In this document: positions 40,579-52,660 of the stretch, one piece after another
How the letters are laid out: every line of letters starts with the position of its first letter
Numbering within the stretch: position 1 is the stretch's first letter
Source of the DNA: Eledone cirrhosa
Lineage: Eukaryota
Length of the DNA stretch: 64,000 bases
Direction of reading: 5' to 3'
Assembly: GCA_964016885.1 (NCBI GenBank)
Contig: OZ024747.1
Coordinates: 85,188,001-85,252,000, forward strand
The notes under the pieces: model-generated
Databases searched by the model: none
Told to the model about the DNA's origin: nothing
Seen by the model: the letters and a program-made list of their open reading frames with translations, nothing else
Made by a program: the position numbers and the translations under genes

Positions 40579-41429
40579 ATATAATAAAACCCGGTGGTGT
40601 ATACAAAAACCATAACATTATTTTACTTCTCATTTATACTATTTCTCTGCACACAAGCTTCTTTATCATACACAAAAAATACCTTACCACTACAACCTCC
40701 ATAATACTCTTGATTACCCGCTTAAAGTGCTTGTATTGCATATAACACCCTGCTGCACAATAATCATATATAAATAAGACACACGTGCATGCCCCACGTG
40801 TAACTAATGCATACAATAACTACTACAACTGACTAACAAACTATCCTCTTGCATTATCTACGTTAACTACCGATGTTGTATTTTAATTTTAATTTTGCTT
40901 TGATTCTGTTTTAATATGATTTTAATTTTTGAATTTAAATTGCCATTCAGAAATAATATAATATATGTCACCCCCACTGTGCATCAATATATACATATGT
41001 ATCTATATGTCTCTTGAGTTGGAAAGGAGGTCATGTATGTATACAAACATTGAAAAATGCTCCAAACCTGGGTTTGGATGAAACAATTGTAAGCTAATAA
41101 ATGGTTTGAACATAACTTTGATTCCTGTGAATTCTCTCTCTATATATATATACAGGAAAATAGTCAGGACCGAGATGGCTGAGCTCCGGCCGTTTCGTCA
41201 GCTAGATGCGAACTAATGTTTGGATCTATTACCCACTCTACTACTCTAAGTATCGAGTACTCTAGTGCGTTATGGTCCACCTGGTATCTTACCACATCTT
41301 CTTTGTTATATATATATATATATATATATATAAACCGTATTTTCTTGACAGGATCTAGCTAGAATTCCTCTCCGTTTCCTCTTCTTTCAAACTATATATT
41401 TAAACTCTTTTTTGAATTGGAAAAATACC

Positions 41430-42080
41430 GTTGGTAGTCACGGTAGCGGTGAGACGTCAATAGTATCGCTGGCGCTATCGCCAACACTACAAACCATGAC
41501 TGATTCAGAGTTACTTCCCTTAGCGTGCGTCAAAATACAAACATGATGCCTCTCACGTAGTATGGAGGTCGTTTTTGTTCCTTCTCAGCCATATCCAGCT
41601 GGAACTCCTTTCCGCTACCTCTCATATTGCCATTAGGGCTTTGGTCCTTGTCTTCCCAGAGACTGAAAGTTGTTTCATGAGATTGTAGGTAGATTGGCCT
41701 ACAAAGCCTCTAGTTCCACTCTCTATGGCGAGAACTTTGACTCGGAAGTCAGCTTCCCTCAGGCTGTTGACCAAACTGGCGTATTTATCGGCCTTGAACA
41801 CGCGCCTCTTCTAATCTATTTTCAAACGGCACGGTAAGTTCAATCAAACTCAACTGTTTTGATGAACTGTAATGGAAGACGATATCTGGCCTCAAACCAC
41901 TATTTCTGATGATTTCTTGTTGTTTTGCTGACACTGGTAGGTCTGCTGTACACTCCCAGTCGTCCGCACCACCCAGATGACTTGATCCCCATGCCCTGTA
42001 TGGCATAGCATTGCCTGACCATAATTTGCTACCTCCTGCTATATAGAATGTTGTTGGAGATTTCGTACTACGGGTTTTAC
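41430..42080 (-). mobile_element. HERO-like non-LTR retrotransposon 3' end (restriction-like endonuclease)
   Basis: LRPDIVF...LIELTVPFENRLEEA...KY...AIESGTRGFVGQS...AERSSSWIWLRR, with frameshifts. Confidence 0.75.
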
Positions 42081-42409
42081 TTTTGCCGTACTTCTCACAT
42101 ATACGATCTCCTTCAACATTTGACTGTGTCTCTACGTGTATCTACCCTGGGCTAGAGCTACTCTGCATGAGCTCAGAACGCGTTCCACAAACACACGTTA
42201 TATATATATATTATATATATGGCTTTTTGATAGATAAAAGGCCATGGGCGCGCTATGGATCGATGTTCTGTTTATAATGCGCCGAAACATCTATGGCCCG
42301 TAGTAAACAGCTGACGAAGGGTAACTTTTCATGTCTTGTTTGTGTCCCCTTACTTTCTAACACTCGTTATCAGTAACCACACAGCCTGGCCTTCCTCAAC
42401 CCATATTTT

Positions 42410-42492
<83 letters not shown>

Positions 42493-43528
42493 AGATCCCG
42501 AGTTAAATGATGATTCCATACGAATGAAACAGTTCTAGTCCTGTTGAAGGCATTTCAATATTAAATTTTGATTATATATATTCATACATACATGTGACAG
42601 TAACAATAAAGTTCCATTATCTCATGGAAGAATCATTTTACTCATTCTAAATAAAAATTCTTCTTACTAATTTATTTTGTGATGTAAAAATGTTTTGGGG
42701 GCCACTTGATACCATTCTATAGTCTTGGAATTGTGTCAGGGACCAGAATTTAAACAGTTGTGTTTTGAATATCTAAAATGACTCTTTCTCGATGTAACTA
42801 TTTTAGTTTTCAATACGCAGTTTGAACACAAGGTCTTACATCAACTCATTTACAAACAAATCCGACATTACATAGCAAAGAGGTGGGTGAACAACAACAA
42901 CAACAGCAACCACATCAGCAACAAGAACAACATGAGTGTCAATCTATAGAATATATGTTGTATATCAGCCTCTCTTATTGTGCGTGTGTGCGGGGCGGGG
43001 GGGTATGAGTATTAATATGTTGTATATATAAAATGGTGTAATAACAACATGCTTATATATATATACTTAGCCATAATAAATGGATATCTATATAGTTGTA
43101 TATATATAGTTGTAAAGTGGTAAACATGGGTGGGAAATAGGTTAACAAAGAGAGCTGAAGATAAGATGTAAATAAAACGAAAATGCTTGTGTAGGTGTGT
43201 TCTTGTGGTGTGGTCTGAGTGACTCTCTCTCTCTGTGTGTGTGTGTGTATGTGTGTGTTTGGTAATAACGATAAGAAATGTAAGCTCTACTGGAATAGAA
43301 TGAGCTGTCGTATGTCGTTTACGATGGGAGAGTCCATATATATATATATGTATGTGTGTGTGTGTGTGTGTATATATATATACATATATATATTATGTGT
43401 GTGTGGGTGTATTGTGTGGTTGCTGGATAAATTGTATTTAGAAATGAGACGAAAGCACAAACGATATTTCCCATCATCAGTTGTCTGCTGGAGATCGCAG
43501 ACATTTCTACGCATCTATATCTATATAC

Positions 43529-43609
<81 letters not shown>

Positions 43610-43614
<5 letters not shown>

Positions 43615-44560
43615 GCCCTCTGTAATACGGACAGCCTCTCTCACAAACTATGCTAGTGATACTAATGTAGTACAGGCAATCAATAAACCGGCTGATGTTA
43701 CTCTTTTACAACAAGATTTAGATGCCATGTACAAATGGGTCGAGACAACAATATACAATTTAATGCAAGTACGTTTCAAGCCCTGTGCTATCAAGACAGA
43801 AACACGGGGCCACGAGAACAAAGGTACACTGGACCAGGAGGAATCGAAATCGCAGTCAAAATCAATACGGGACCTGTGTATTGACATAAGCAATGATGCA
43901 TCGTTTCATGCACACATCACCAAAATGACGGCAATGTGGAGACGACTGGTGGGCTGGATTCTGAGGAGCTTCAGGATAAGAGACCTGGTAACCATGCTGA
44001 TCCTTTTGAGGACTTTCATTCTTAGGCGGCTGGAGTATTTCTCTTAGCTGTGTTCGCCCAACAGTATCAAACTGACTGCAGAACTTGAAGCAATGCAACG
44101 AGGCTACACCAAGAGGATTGCCTCAATGAAAGAGATGAGCTACACGGTGAGGATAAAAGAACTAAAGCTTTACTCTCTGGAACGAAGACGGGAGAGATAT
44201 GCTGTGATACACGTATGGAAGAGCTAGCACCAAATTTCGGCTTTGAGGGCTGGACCAACCCACGAATAGGACACCACTGTGTAGTGCCAAAGATCCCATC
44301 TTTCGCACCAAGAATAAGGACCACATACCGCAATAGCCTGGAGTTCAAAGGCTCCCAACACTTTAATAAGTTGACAAAAAAAAACCTGAGAGATCTATAT
44401 CGTGTACATGTAGATGTTTTCAAGACATTCTGCTAACTAAGGTCCCAGATGAACCTACAGCTCGAGGCGAAGCGCAAATAAGGGTGGAAGCAACAAACTC
44501 CCTTTTGCATCAATGGCAGTGCCCTAGCATGGCCTCAGCCTGTCGGTTGGAACACGTAAT
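43610..44560 (+). mobile_element. CR1-clade LINE 3' part, degenerate
   Basis: YASDT (YADDT)...LQQDLDAMYKW...IRDL...ILRSF...LEY...LKLYSLERRRER, with stops and frameshifts. Confidence 0.85.
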
Positions 44561-44600
44561 AGACTAATAGAATATGTATGTATGTATGCATATATGAATA

Positions 44601-44656
<56 letters not shown>

Positions 44657-44892
44657 ATAATAATAAATGTGAAGACTAAAATAAATAAATATATATGTAT
44701 ATATATATATATATATATGATATATATATATATGTATATATATATTTATTTTAGTCTTCACATTTATTATTATTACTATATATATATATATATACACATA
44801 CATATATGTATATACAATATATTTTTATATATATAAAAATATTTTTTGCTTGGTGTATCCCAACAAATTAAATATAACCTCTACATATATGC

Positions 44893-44974
<82 letters not shown>

Positions 44975-44977
44975 GTG

Positions 44978-45073
<96 letters not shown>

Positions 45074-45201
45074 CGTGGTATTTTCTTCGTGGTTATAAGA
45101 GGCTTAGCTCTGTTTCTCGACCGTTATATCGCGTGACTGTCTCCCCCTCCGCCTTTTGGGATTCTTTCTCGCGTCGTGTAGACGCGTTCTTGAGACTAGT
45201 A

Positions 45202-45303
45202 AAATGAGGTATCCTCTTGATAAGTCGGCAGACCTCGCAAGTACTCTATATCTTTGATATATTGTTTTTGTTTATGCCACGAAACTACGTAGTCGAGGAA
45301 TTT
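45202..45303 (+). ncRNA. Type I hammerhead ribozyme, U3-A8 core variant (copy 1)
   Basis: Stem I TCCTC/GAGGA; core TTGATAA; stem II GT(C)GGCA/TGCCAC; GAAA; palindromic stem III CTACGTAG; GTC cleavage triplet, cut after 45294. Confidence 0.8.
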
Positions 45304-45792
45304 AGGAACAGTTTAGGTATGATACATTTTATTACTAATTATATCTAAATGTTTCTTCTCTCTTCATAATGTATTTTTAACTCTGATACTGGTTCAGTCT
45401 GGTTCAAACTGAATTAGTCTGTCCCAGTCATTCATTGAGCAACATCGGTGAAGTTGGCACCCTTAACTCACAGTTGGGTGCGGATGCATTCATGTATATA
45501 TGTGTGTGTCCGCATGTATCTGTGTGTTTCTAAATATATTAATAACTCCCTCTGGTCGAGCAATCTTTGAAGTGTGGGGACAACTGGAAAGCTTCCATTA
45601 CTCATACTTCTCGCCTTCTTCACTACCTCTTCTGCGGCCTCGATGTGAATACCCCCTCCGCCTCCGTGGTATTTTCTTCGTGGTTATAAGAGGCTTAGCT
45701 CTGTTTCTCGACCGTTATATCGCGTGACTGTCTCCCCCTCCGCCTTTTGGGATTCTTTCTCGCGTCGTGTAGACGCGTTCTTGAGACTAGTA

Positions 45793-45894
45793 AAATGAGG
45801 TATCCTCTTGATAAGTCGGCAGACCTCGCAAGGACTCTATATCTTTGATATATTGTTTTTGTTTATGCCACGAAACTACGTAGTCGAGGAATTT
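45793..45894 (+). ncRNA. Type I hammerhead ribozyme, U3-A8 core variant (copy 2)
   Basis: Same elements as copy 1 shifted by 591 bp; cut after 45885. Confidence 0.8.
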
Positions 45895-45959
45895 AGGAAC
45901 AGTTTAGGTATGATACATTTTATTACTAATTATATCTAAATGTTTCTTCTCTCTTCATA

Positions 45960-46007
<48 letters not shown>

Positions 46008-46008
46008 A

Positions 46009-46064
<56 letters not shown>

Positions 46065-46104
46065 TATGTATGTATATATATATATATATATATGTGTATA
46101 TATA

Positions 46105-46153
<49 letters not shown>

Positions 46154-46424
46154 GATATAATGTGCATAGCGTTTATAATAAATCTTTAAGGAATTTCACC
46201 AGTCCAGCCTCCGATCATTTTACTCAATAATATATATATGTATATATAGACACACACATATACATGGTATATACAATATATATATAGAGAGAGACACACA
46301 CATATACATGGTATATATATATATACATATACACATATACATATATATATACATACATACATATATACATATATATACATACATATATACATATATATAC
46401 ACATGGTATATATATATATATGTA

Positions 46425-47192
46425 GTCAGCCAACCACCCAGTCAGCCAACCATCATGCCAGCCAGACAACCACCCAGTCAGCCAGCCAGACAACCACCCA
46501 GTCAGCCAGCCAGACAACCACCCAGTCAGCCAGCCAGACAACCACCCAGTCAGCCAGCCAGACAACCACCCAGACAACCATCCAGTCAGCCAGCCAGCCA
46601 GACAACCACCCAGTCAGCCAGCCAGCCAGACAACCACCCAGTCAGCCAGACAACCACCCAGTCAGCCAGCCAGTCAGCCAGACAACCACCCAGTCAGGCA
46701 ACCACCCAGTCAGACAACCACCCAGTCAGCCAGCCAGACAGACAACCACCTAGTCAGGCAACCACCCAGTCAGCCAGCCAGACAGACAACCACCCAGTCA
46801 GCCAGCCAGTCAGACAACCACCCAGTCAGCCAGCCAGCCAGACAACCATCTAATCAGCCAGCCAGCCAGCCAGACAACCACCCAGTCAGCCAGCCAGCCA
46901 GACAACCACCCAGTCAGGCAACCACCCAGTCAGACAACCACCCAGTCAGCCAGCCAACCATCCAGTCAGCCAGCCAGCCAGCCAGACAACCACCCAGTCA
47001 GCCAGCCAGCCAGACAACCATCCAGTCAGCCAGCCAGCCAGCCAGACAACCACCCAGTCAGCCAGACAACCACCCAGTCAGCCAGACAACCACCCAGTCA
47101 GGCAACCACCCAGTCAGACAACCACCCAGTCAGCCAGCCAGACAGACAACCACCTAGTCAGGCAACCACCCAGTCAGCCAGCCAGACAGACC
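46425..47192. repeat. Irregular minisatellite built from CAGC/CAGA/CAACCACC/CAGT modules
   Basis: Direct inspection; followed by a TGG/GT-rich low-complexity tract at about 47340-47905. Confidence 0.95.
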
Positions 47193-48472
47193 GACCACAG
47201 ATTAAAAGGCAATGTTGCACAGCTGAACTGGGTCACCAGTCCACCATCACTATTCCATATACGGTCATAGACTAACTGTTGGACTTTGGGGAGGGAGGGG
47301 GGGGGGTGACGTTGTGAGGTGGCTAGCACACATATACTTTGGTGATGGTGGTGATAGTAGTAGTAGTAGTAGTAGTGGCAGAAATGGTAGTGGTGTGTGG
47401 TATGGTAGTGTTGGGGTTGTGGTGGCAGTAATGGTGGTGTGGTGTGGTATGGAGGTGTGAGGTAATGGTGGTGTCCTGATGGTATTAATGGCAGTGGTGT
47501 GTGGTATGGTAGTGTTGGGGCTGTGGTGGTAGTAATGGTGGTGTTGGGGATGTGGTGGCAGTAATGGTGGCGTGGTGTGGTATGGAGGTGTGAGGTAATG
47601 GTGGTGTCCTGATGGTATTAATGGCAGTGGTGTGTGGTATGGTAGTGTTGGGGCTGTGGTGGTAGTAATGGTGGTGTTCTGATGGTATGGTGGTGTTGGG
47701 GATGTGGTAGTGTTCTGGTGGTATGGTGGTGTTGGGGATGTGGTGGCAGTGATGGTGGTAAGGTGTGGTGTGGTATGGTGGTATTAATGGTAGTGGTGTG
47801 GTATGGTAGTGGTGTGGTATGGTGGTGTGCTGGTGGTATTAATGGTAGTGGTGTGTGTGGTGATACTGGTATCCTGATGGTATGGTGGTATAGTGGTGGT
47901 AGTGTTGTAACACACGATATACGCCATGTTCAAGGCCTGAGAGACTGATATAAAATATTAGACCAGGGGAAGGAGAGAGGAGGTGGTGGTGATGGGGGGG
48001 GGGGGAGTAGGCACAGGTCTAAAGAGGATAGGAAGTTGGCGCGGCGGCGGCGGGGAGACATATCTCACAGAACTGTGTCGAGTAGTAGTGGTGGTGGTGG
48101 TGGTTAATGTTTCTATTACTGTAATGGTGGTGGTGGCGGCGGTGGTCGTGGTGGTGGTTAATGTTTCTATTACTGTAATGGTGGCGGCGGTGGTGTGTGA
48201 TAATCTATGTTGTGTGTTGTTATTGTTTAGCCCTCGGCTCAACCTTATGAAAGGCTTCCGTGGTTCTCTGATGTTATACTATGTACATCAGGGACTACAC
48301 TGTCCAATGTGTTCATTTAATTAAAACAGTAGGGGTGCGGTTTGTGGCAAATTTGGCTGCTGTTTCTAGTGTTTGGCCCTAGGCCAGCCCTTAACAAGCA
48401 GTCATTTCCATGGTATATGGATATTTGACCGAATGACATAGCGTGACACCTTAGTTGTATTTGTACCTCCTT

Positions 48473-48519
<47 letters not shown>

Positions 48520-48700
48520 TGTAGTAGTAGTAGTAGTAGTAGTAGCAGCAGCAGCAGCAGCAGCATATGCAAAATACTCAATACCTAAGTGTACACCAGT
48601 GTATATATGAACAAGTTATGACACATGCCAGTACACCCTGTATTTGAGTGTAAGCTGGGGTAAAGGGTGGTGTGTAGTAGTGTTACTAGAAGAAAAAAAT

Positions 48701-49279
48701 TAGACAATTATTAATTGTTTACAGTATCGGTAGAGGGTCGGACGCCATGCTTTCCAGCATAGTTACGTCCCTTTACGATCTGAGTTCAAATCCCGCCGAG
48801 GTTGACTTTGCCTTTCATCCTTACGGGGTCGATAAAATAAAGTACCAGTAATGCACTGGGTAATTGCTGGCCTTGTGCCAAAAGTAGAAACAATTAATTG
48901 TTTCTACTTTTGGCACAAGTACATTACTGCTACTTTATTTTATCGACCCTGAAAGGATGAAAGGCAAAGTTAACCTCAGCGGGATTTGAACTCAGATCGT
49001 AAAGGGACGTAACTATGCTGGCAAGCATGTCCGACCCTCTACCGATACTGCCAATTCACCGTCCATGACAATTAATTGTTTCTACTTTTGGCACAAGGCC
49101 AGCAATCATCTCAGTATATTACTGGTACTTTATTGTATCGACCCCGTAAGGATGAAAGGCAAAGTTAACCTCGGCGGGATTTGAACTCAGACCATAAAGG
49201 GCCGTAACTCTTTGCTGCAAAGCATGGCGTCAGACCCTCTGCCGATACTGCCAATCCACCTTACTAGACAATTATTAAT
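48701..49279. mobile_element. Nested SINE trimer (+,-,-) within one 15-bp TSD
   Basis: Plus copy about 48722-48897 tail-to-tail with minus copies about 48895-49065 and 49072-49260; tagacaattattaat at 48701 and 49265. Confidence 0.85.
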
Positions 49280-49639
49280 GCTAGTTGGTCTGTTGAAATT
49301 GCTTTCTTCACAATACAAGCTAGTGGTATGAAATCCATGCAGAGTGCAAGATGAAGATATGTTAGCCCTGTGTCAACCCGGAGCTATAGTAGAAGACATT
49401 TGACTAAGGTGACACGCTGTAGACTGAACCCGAAGCCATGTATCTGCAATGTGAAGTTCTTAACCCCCAAATCATACCTGGTTTTCCAATTTCACTATAC
49501 ACAAAACAGTTACACAAAGTTTTATAAGTTACCAGATTGTATGAAAAGGAAAAAAGAATGTTTCAACGTATCGAACGTTAGTCTTTCTTCAGGGAAGAGT
49601 AAAGTTAGGAGAAAGAAGAGCTTGGAAGATATAATTATC

Positions 49640-49945
49640 TTCTCTTCTTCTTTGCCCACTAATTCCTAAGAGAGTCGTGGGGGCAGAGCCCTCAAACACT
49701 CCTTCTAGCGGGTCCTGTCAGAAGCAACCGTCTCCAACTGATCCGGCTGGATCCCTAAGTGAAACCAGCTAAGTTCAGGGATGTTATCCAACCAACTTGC
49801 TCGGGGTTTACCCCTGGGTCTCCTACCTGTAAAATCTGTCCAGTGATTCCAGTGATTCCAGATGTCCTGGGACATTTTAACCACATGCCCATAGTATGGG
49901 ATCTGTGATCCCTTAATTCGGAGAAGTAGCGACTCTACCTGGAGT
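49640..49945 (-). mobile_element. LINE (RTE-like) 3' end fragment
   Basis: GRRPRGKPRASWLDNI...LETVASDR...LPPRLS*. Confidence 0.6.
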
Positions 49946-50505
49946 GATATATATATTGTTTGGGTGGGAGTGAGCTTGTCGTAGTGATGGTAATAATTGT
50001 TTCTACTTTTGGCACAAGGCCAGCAAATACCCAGTGTATTACTGGTACTTTATTTTGTCGACCCCATAAGGATGAAAGGCAAAGTTAACCTCGGCGGGAA
50101 TAATGGTGAAGGTATTGGTAATAACAGTGGTGGTGGTGGTGAAGGTGGTGATGGTGGTGGTGGTGATGGTGGTGATGGTGGTGATGGTGTGGTTGATGTT
50201 GGTGGTGGTGGTGTTGTTGTTGTTGCTGTTGCTGGTGGTGGTGGTGTTGTTGTTGCTGTTGCTGGTGTTGTTGTTATTGTTTTTTCCCTACTTTAACCTA
50301 TTTTATTTATTTATGTGTTTAGTTGGTTTTTGATTGAAACGTTAAAAAATGGGACGAAAGAAAGAAAACAAGAACAAGGAACTGTTTTTTATAGGATGGA
50401 ATAGCTAAGGAGGGGGAGGGGTGATAATGATGAGGAGATTGAGTGAAGGAGGTATCGGGGAGAGAAAGTGGGAAGAAGAGAGGAATGCAGTAGACAAGAT
50501 CTCTC

Positions 50506-50538
<33 letters not shown>

Positions 50539-50667
50539 GTGTGGGAGGTTATCGTTGAGTTAGGGGTGGTGGTGGTGCTATGTTCCAGGAAGCTGTCGGA
50601 AAGATAATTTTTGGTTAAAGTGGTGAGAACTGTGTTGAGAGAAAGGAGTGGAATATATGTGTGTGTG

Positions 50668-50689
<22 letters not shown>

Positions 50690-50700
<11 letters not shown>

Positions 50701-51227
50701 AAAGAAAGAAAGAGAGAGAGAGAAAGAGGTGAAATGGGGTGTTTTATTTACACAGAAGGGTAAAACATTAAATGAATGAGCACTCAATAGATGTGTGTGT
50801 GTGTGTGAAGTGTTGGAGTCCAAACGCAGAAATCACTATAAATAATAGCTTTAGAAAATCGGGTAAAATACACTTAGTGACAGAAAAAGTGGCTAACAGC
50901 TATTACAGAGTATCAAACTCTGTGTCTCTTGAATTCCATTCGAGCACACCAAATGGCAGCTGACAACAGTTTCTCTCCAAATTATATATATTAGAATGTG
51001 TGACTAAAATACCATACTATTTAAAATATTTAAACATTAACTAATTGAGTAGTCAATATTGTTGGGGTAGAGTGTGAATTTTATTTTCTAAGTAGAAACG
51101 TGGCAGTAACTACGAAGTTTCAGCTTGGAAGCTTCCTCTGCAAGTGTAAGTTATACACACACATCTATTGAGTGCTCATTCATTTAATGTTTTACTCTTC
51201 TGTGTAAATAAAACACTCAATTTCACC

Positions 51228-51259
<32 letters not shown>

Positions 51260-51290
51260 TTCTCTTTTTTTGTATACACACACACACACA
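50690..51290. repeat. Inverted repeat, arms about 110-140 bp, spacer about 350 bp
   Basis: ggtgaaat...ttacacagaagggtaaaacattaaatgaatgagcactcaatagatgtgtg mirrored at about 51155-51230, with mirrored (GA)n and (GT)n. Confidence 0.9.
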
Positions 51291-51709
51291 CACATATATA
51301 TAGGGTAAAAAAAAACCCTCAGTCACGAATGACCATAGGATTTGAACCTAGAAAGTACCCCTCCGAGGCACAGGTCCGAGCAAGGTTGTTTGTTGAAGAC
51401 CAGCAGTCACCCATGCATACCACTCTCCCTTCTCCACACCACCGATGTTGTCCAAGGGAAAGGCAATGGCCGATACAGTTTGACACCAGTGACATCACAA
51501 CTCATTTCTACAGCTGAGTAAACTGGAGCAATGCGAAATAAAGTGTTCTGCTCTCGAACACAACGCAAAGCCCGATCCAAGAATCAAGCTTACAACCCCA
51601 CGATTGCAAGCCCGACGCTCTAACTACTAAGCCCCCCCCCCCCACACACACACATTATACACACATATATATTAGCATAGAGTCTTTGCTTTCACCCTTT
51701 CAAGAGACC

Positions 51710-52660
51710 TTCAGAAGGTTGAGATTTTCTCAAATATATTGCAGGTAAATTTCAAACAAATGGACGGAAGAACGTGAAGTAGATCTTCAGCTGGAAGCAT
51801 ACAGATAGAATGAGATGAAGAGAACTAGAAGAAGTTTGGATTAAAAACTTATAATTTAACTCACCTTTAAAAATACATTTCAAGAAGGAATTATTTAAAC
51901 TCATCCAGAATATCAAATTCAGAAAGAGAAGTAATCCCTTCCAATAGGATTTAATGAAAAGGATAAGTGATAAAGATAGTGGATTCTAACGCCGTGCAAT
52001 GTCCTCTCCGATGGTAATCGATATCAAGCTGAGAGTGGCTCATACCATTGATTTTTATCTAATGCAATCATCAAAAATTGTTAATATAAGATTGTGATGC
52101 ATGATATCAATAATTCCAAATTCAGACTGACCCACCGAATGCCTTAGCTTCTAACTTAACATTAAAGGATCACAAACCTGATTTCGATAATACTCCATCT
52201 ATTAGGCTAATTAACCATACTAACTTCGATATAGATAAGCTTAGTAAAAAAAAATTGGTTAGAATCTGGCGCTGTGATAAATTGGTATAAGGATATCTAC
52301 ATTAAAGAATATAGCTGTTTTATCCAATTCGACATCAACAATTCTTCTTCTATTATCTTACTGTTATTACTTACGGATACTAATTTTGCCAAGACTGATT
52401 GGAGAATAAGGATTTTGAAGTTGATGTCCTAATTAATGCTCGGAAGCCTTTGATAAATTTCAATAATTCTATTTGGATAACAAATGTAATAGTACCCTCT
52501 TCAATGTGAGCATGGGGCAAGCGACCCTGCGGAAGCAACAGAACTTATTGGGTTTTTTCATACTCTTTTCCATTAAAAAAGAATTACTCAATGCATGGGT
52601 GGTCTGTATAGAGATGGTGGGCTGTGCAGAGATGATGGTCTGTTAACTATGACCCTAAAA
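51710..52660 (+). mobile_element. Heavily decayed Penelope-like RT
   Basis: FIQFDI...FNVSMG...GLYRDGG/RDDGL motif remnants across frames; another PLE fragment at about 59140-59480 (+). Confidence 0.55.

Larger units (their letters stand above)
45071..45961 (+). mobile_element. Retrozyme-like non-coding element: two 300-bp direct repeats (45071-45370, 45662-45961), each with a hammerhead ribozyme
   Basis: Repeats differ at only one position I could see (aagtactc/aaggactc), offset 591 bp; no protein-like ORF; flanked by (TA)n on both sides. Confidence 0.8.

Noticed and set aside
46224-46853. Q/P/S-rich ORFs resembling mucin or structural proteins
   Set aside because: Tetranucleotide-module minisatellite starting in a TA tract; no splice or domain support.
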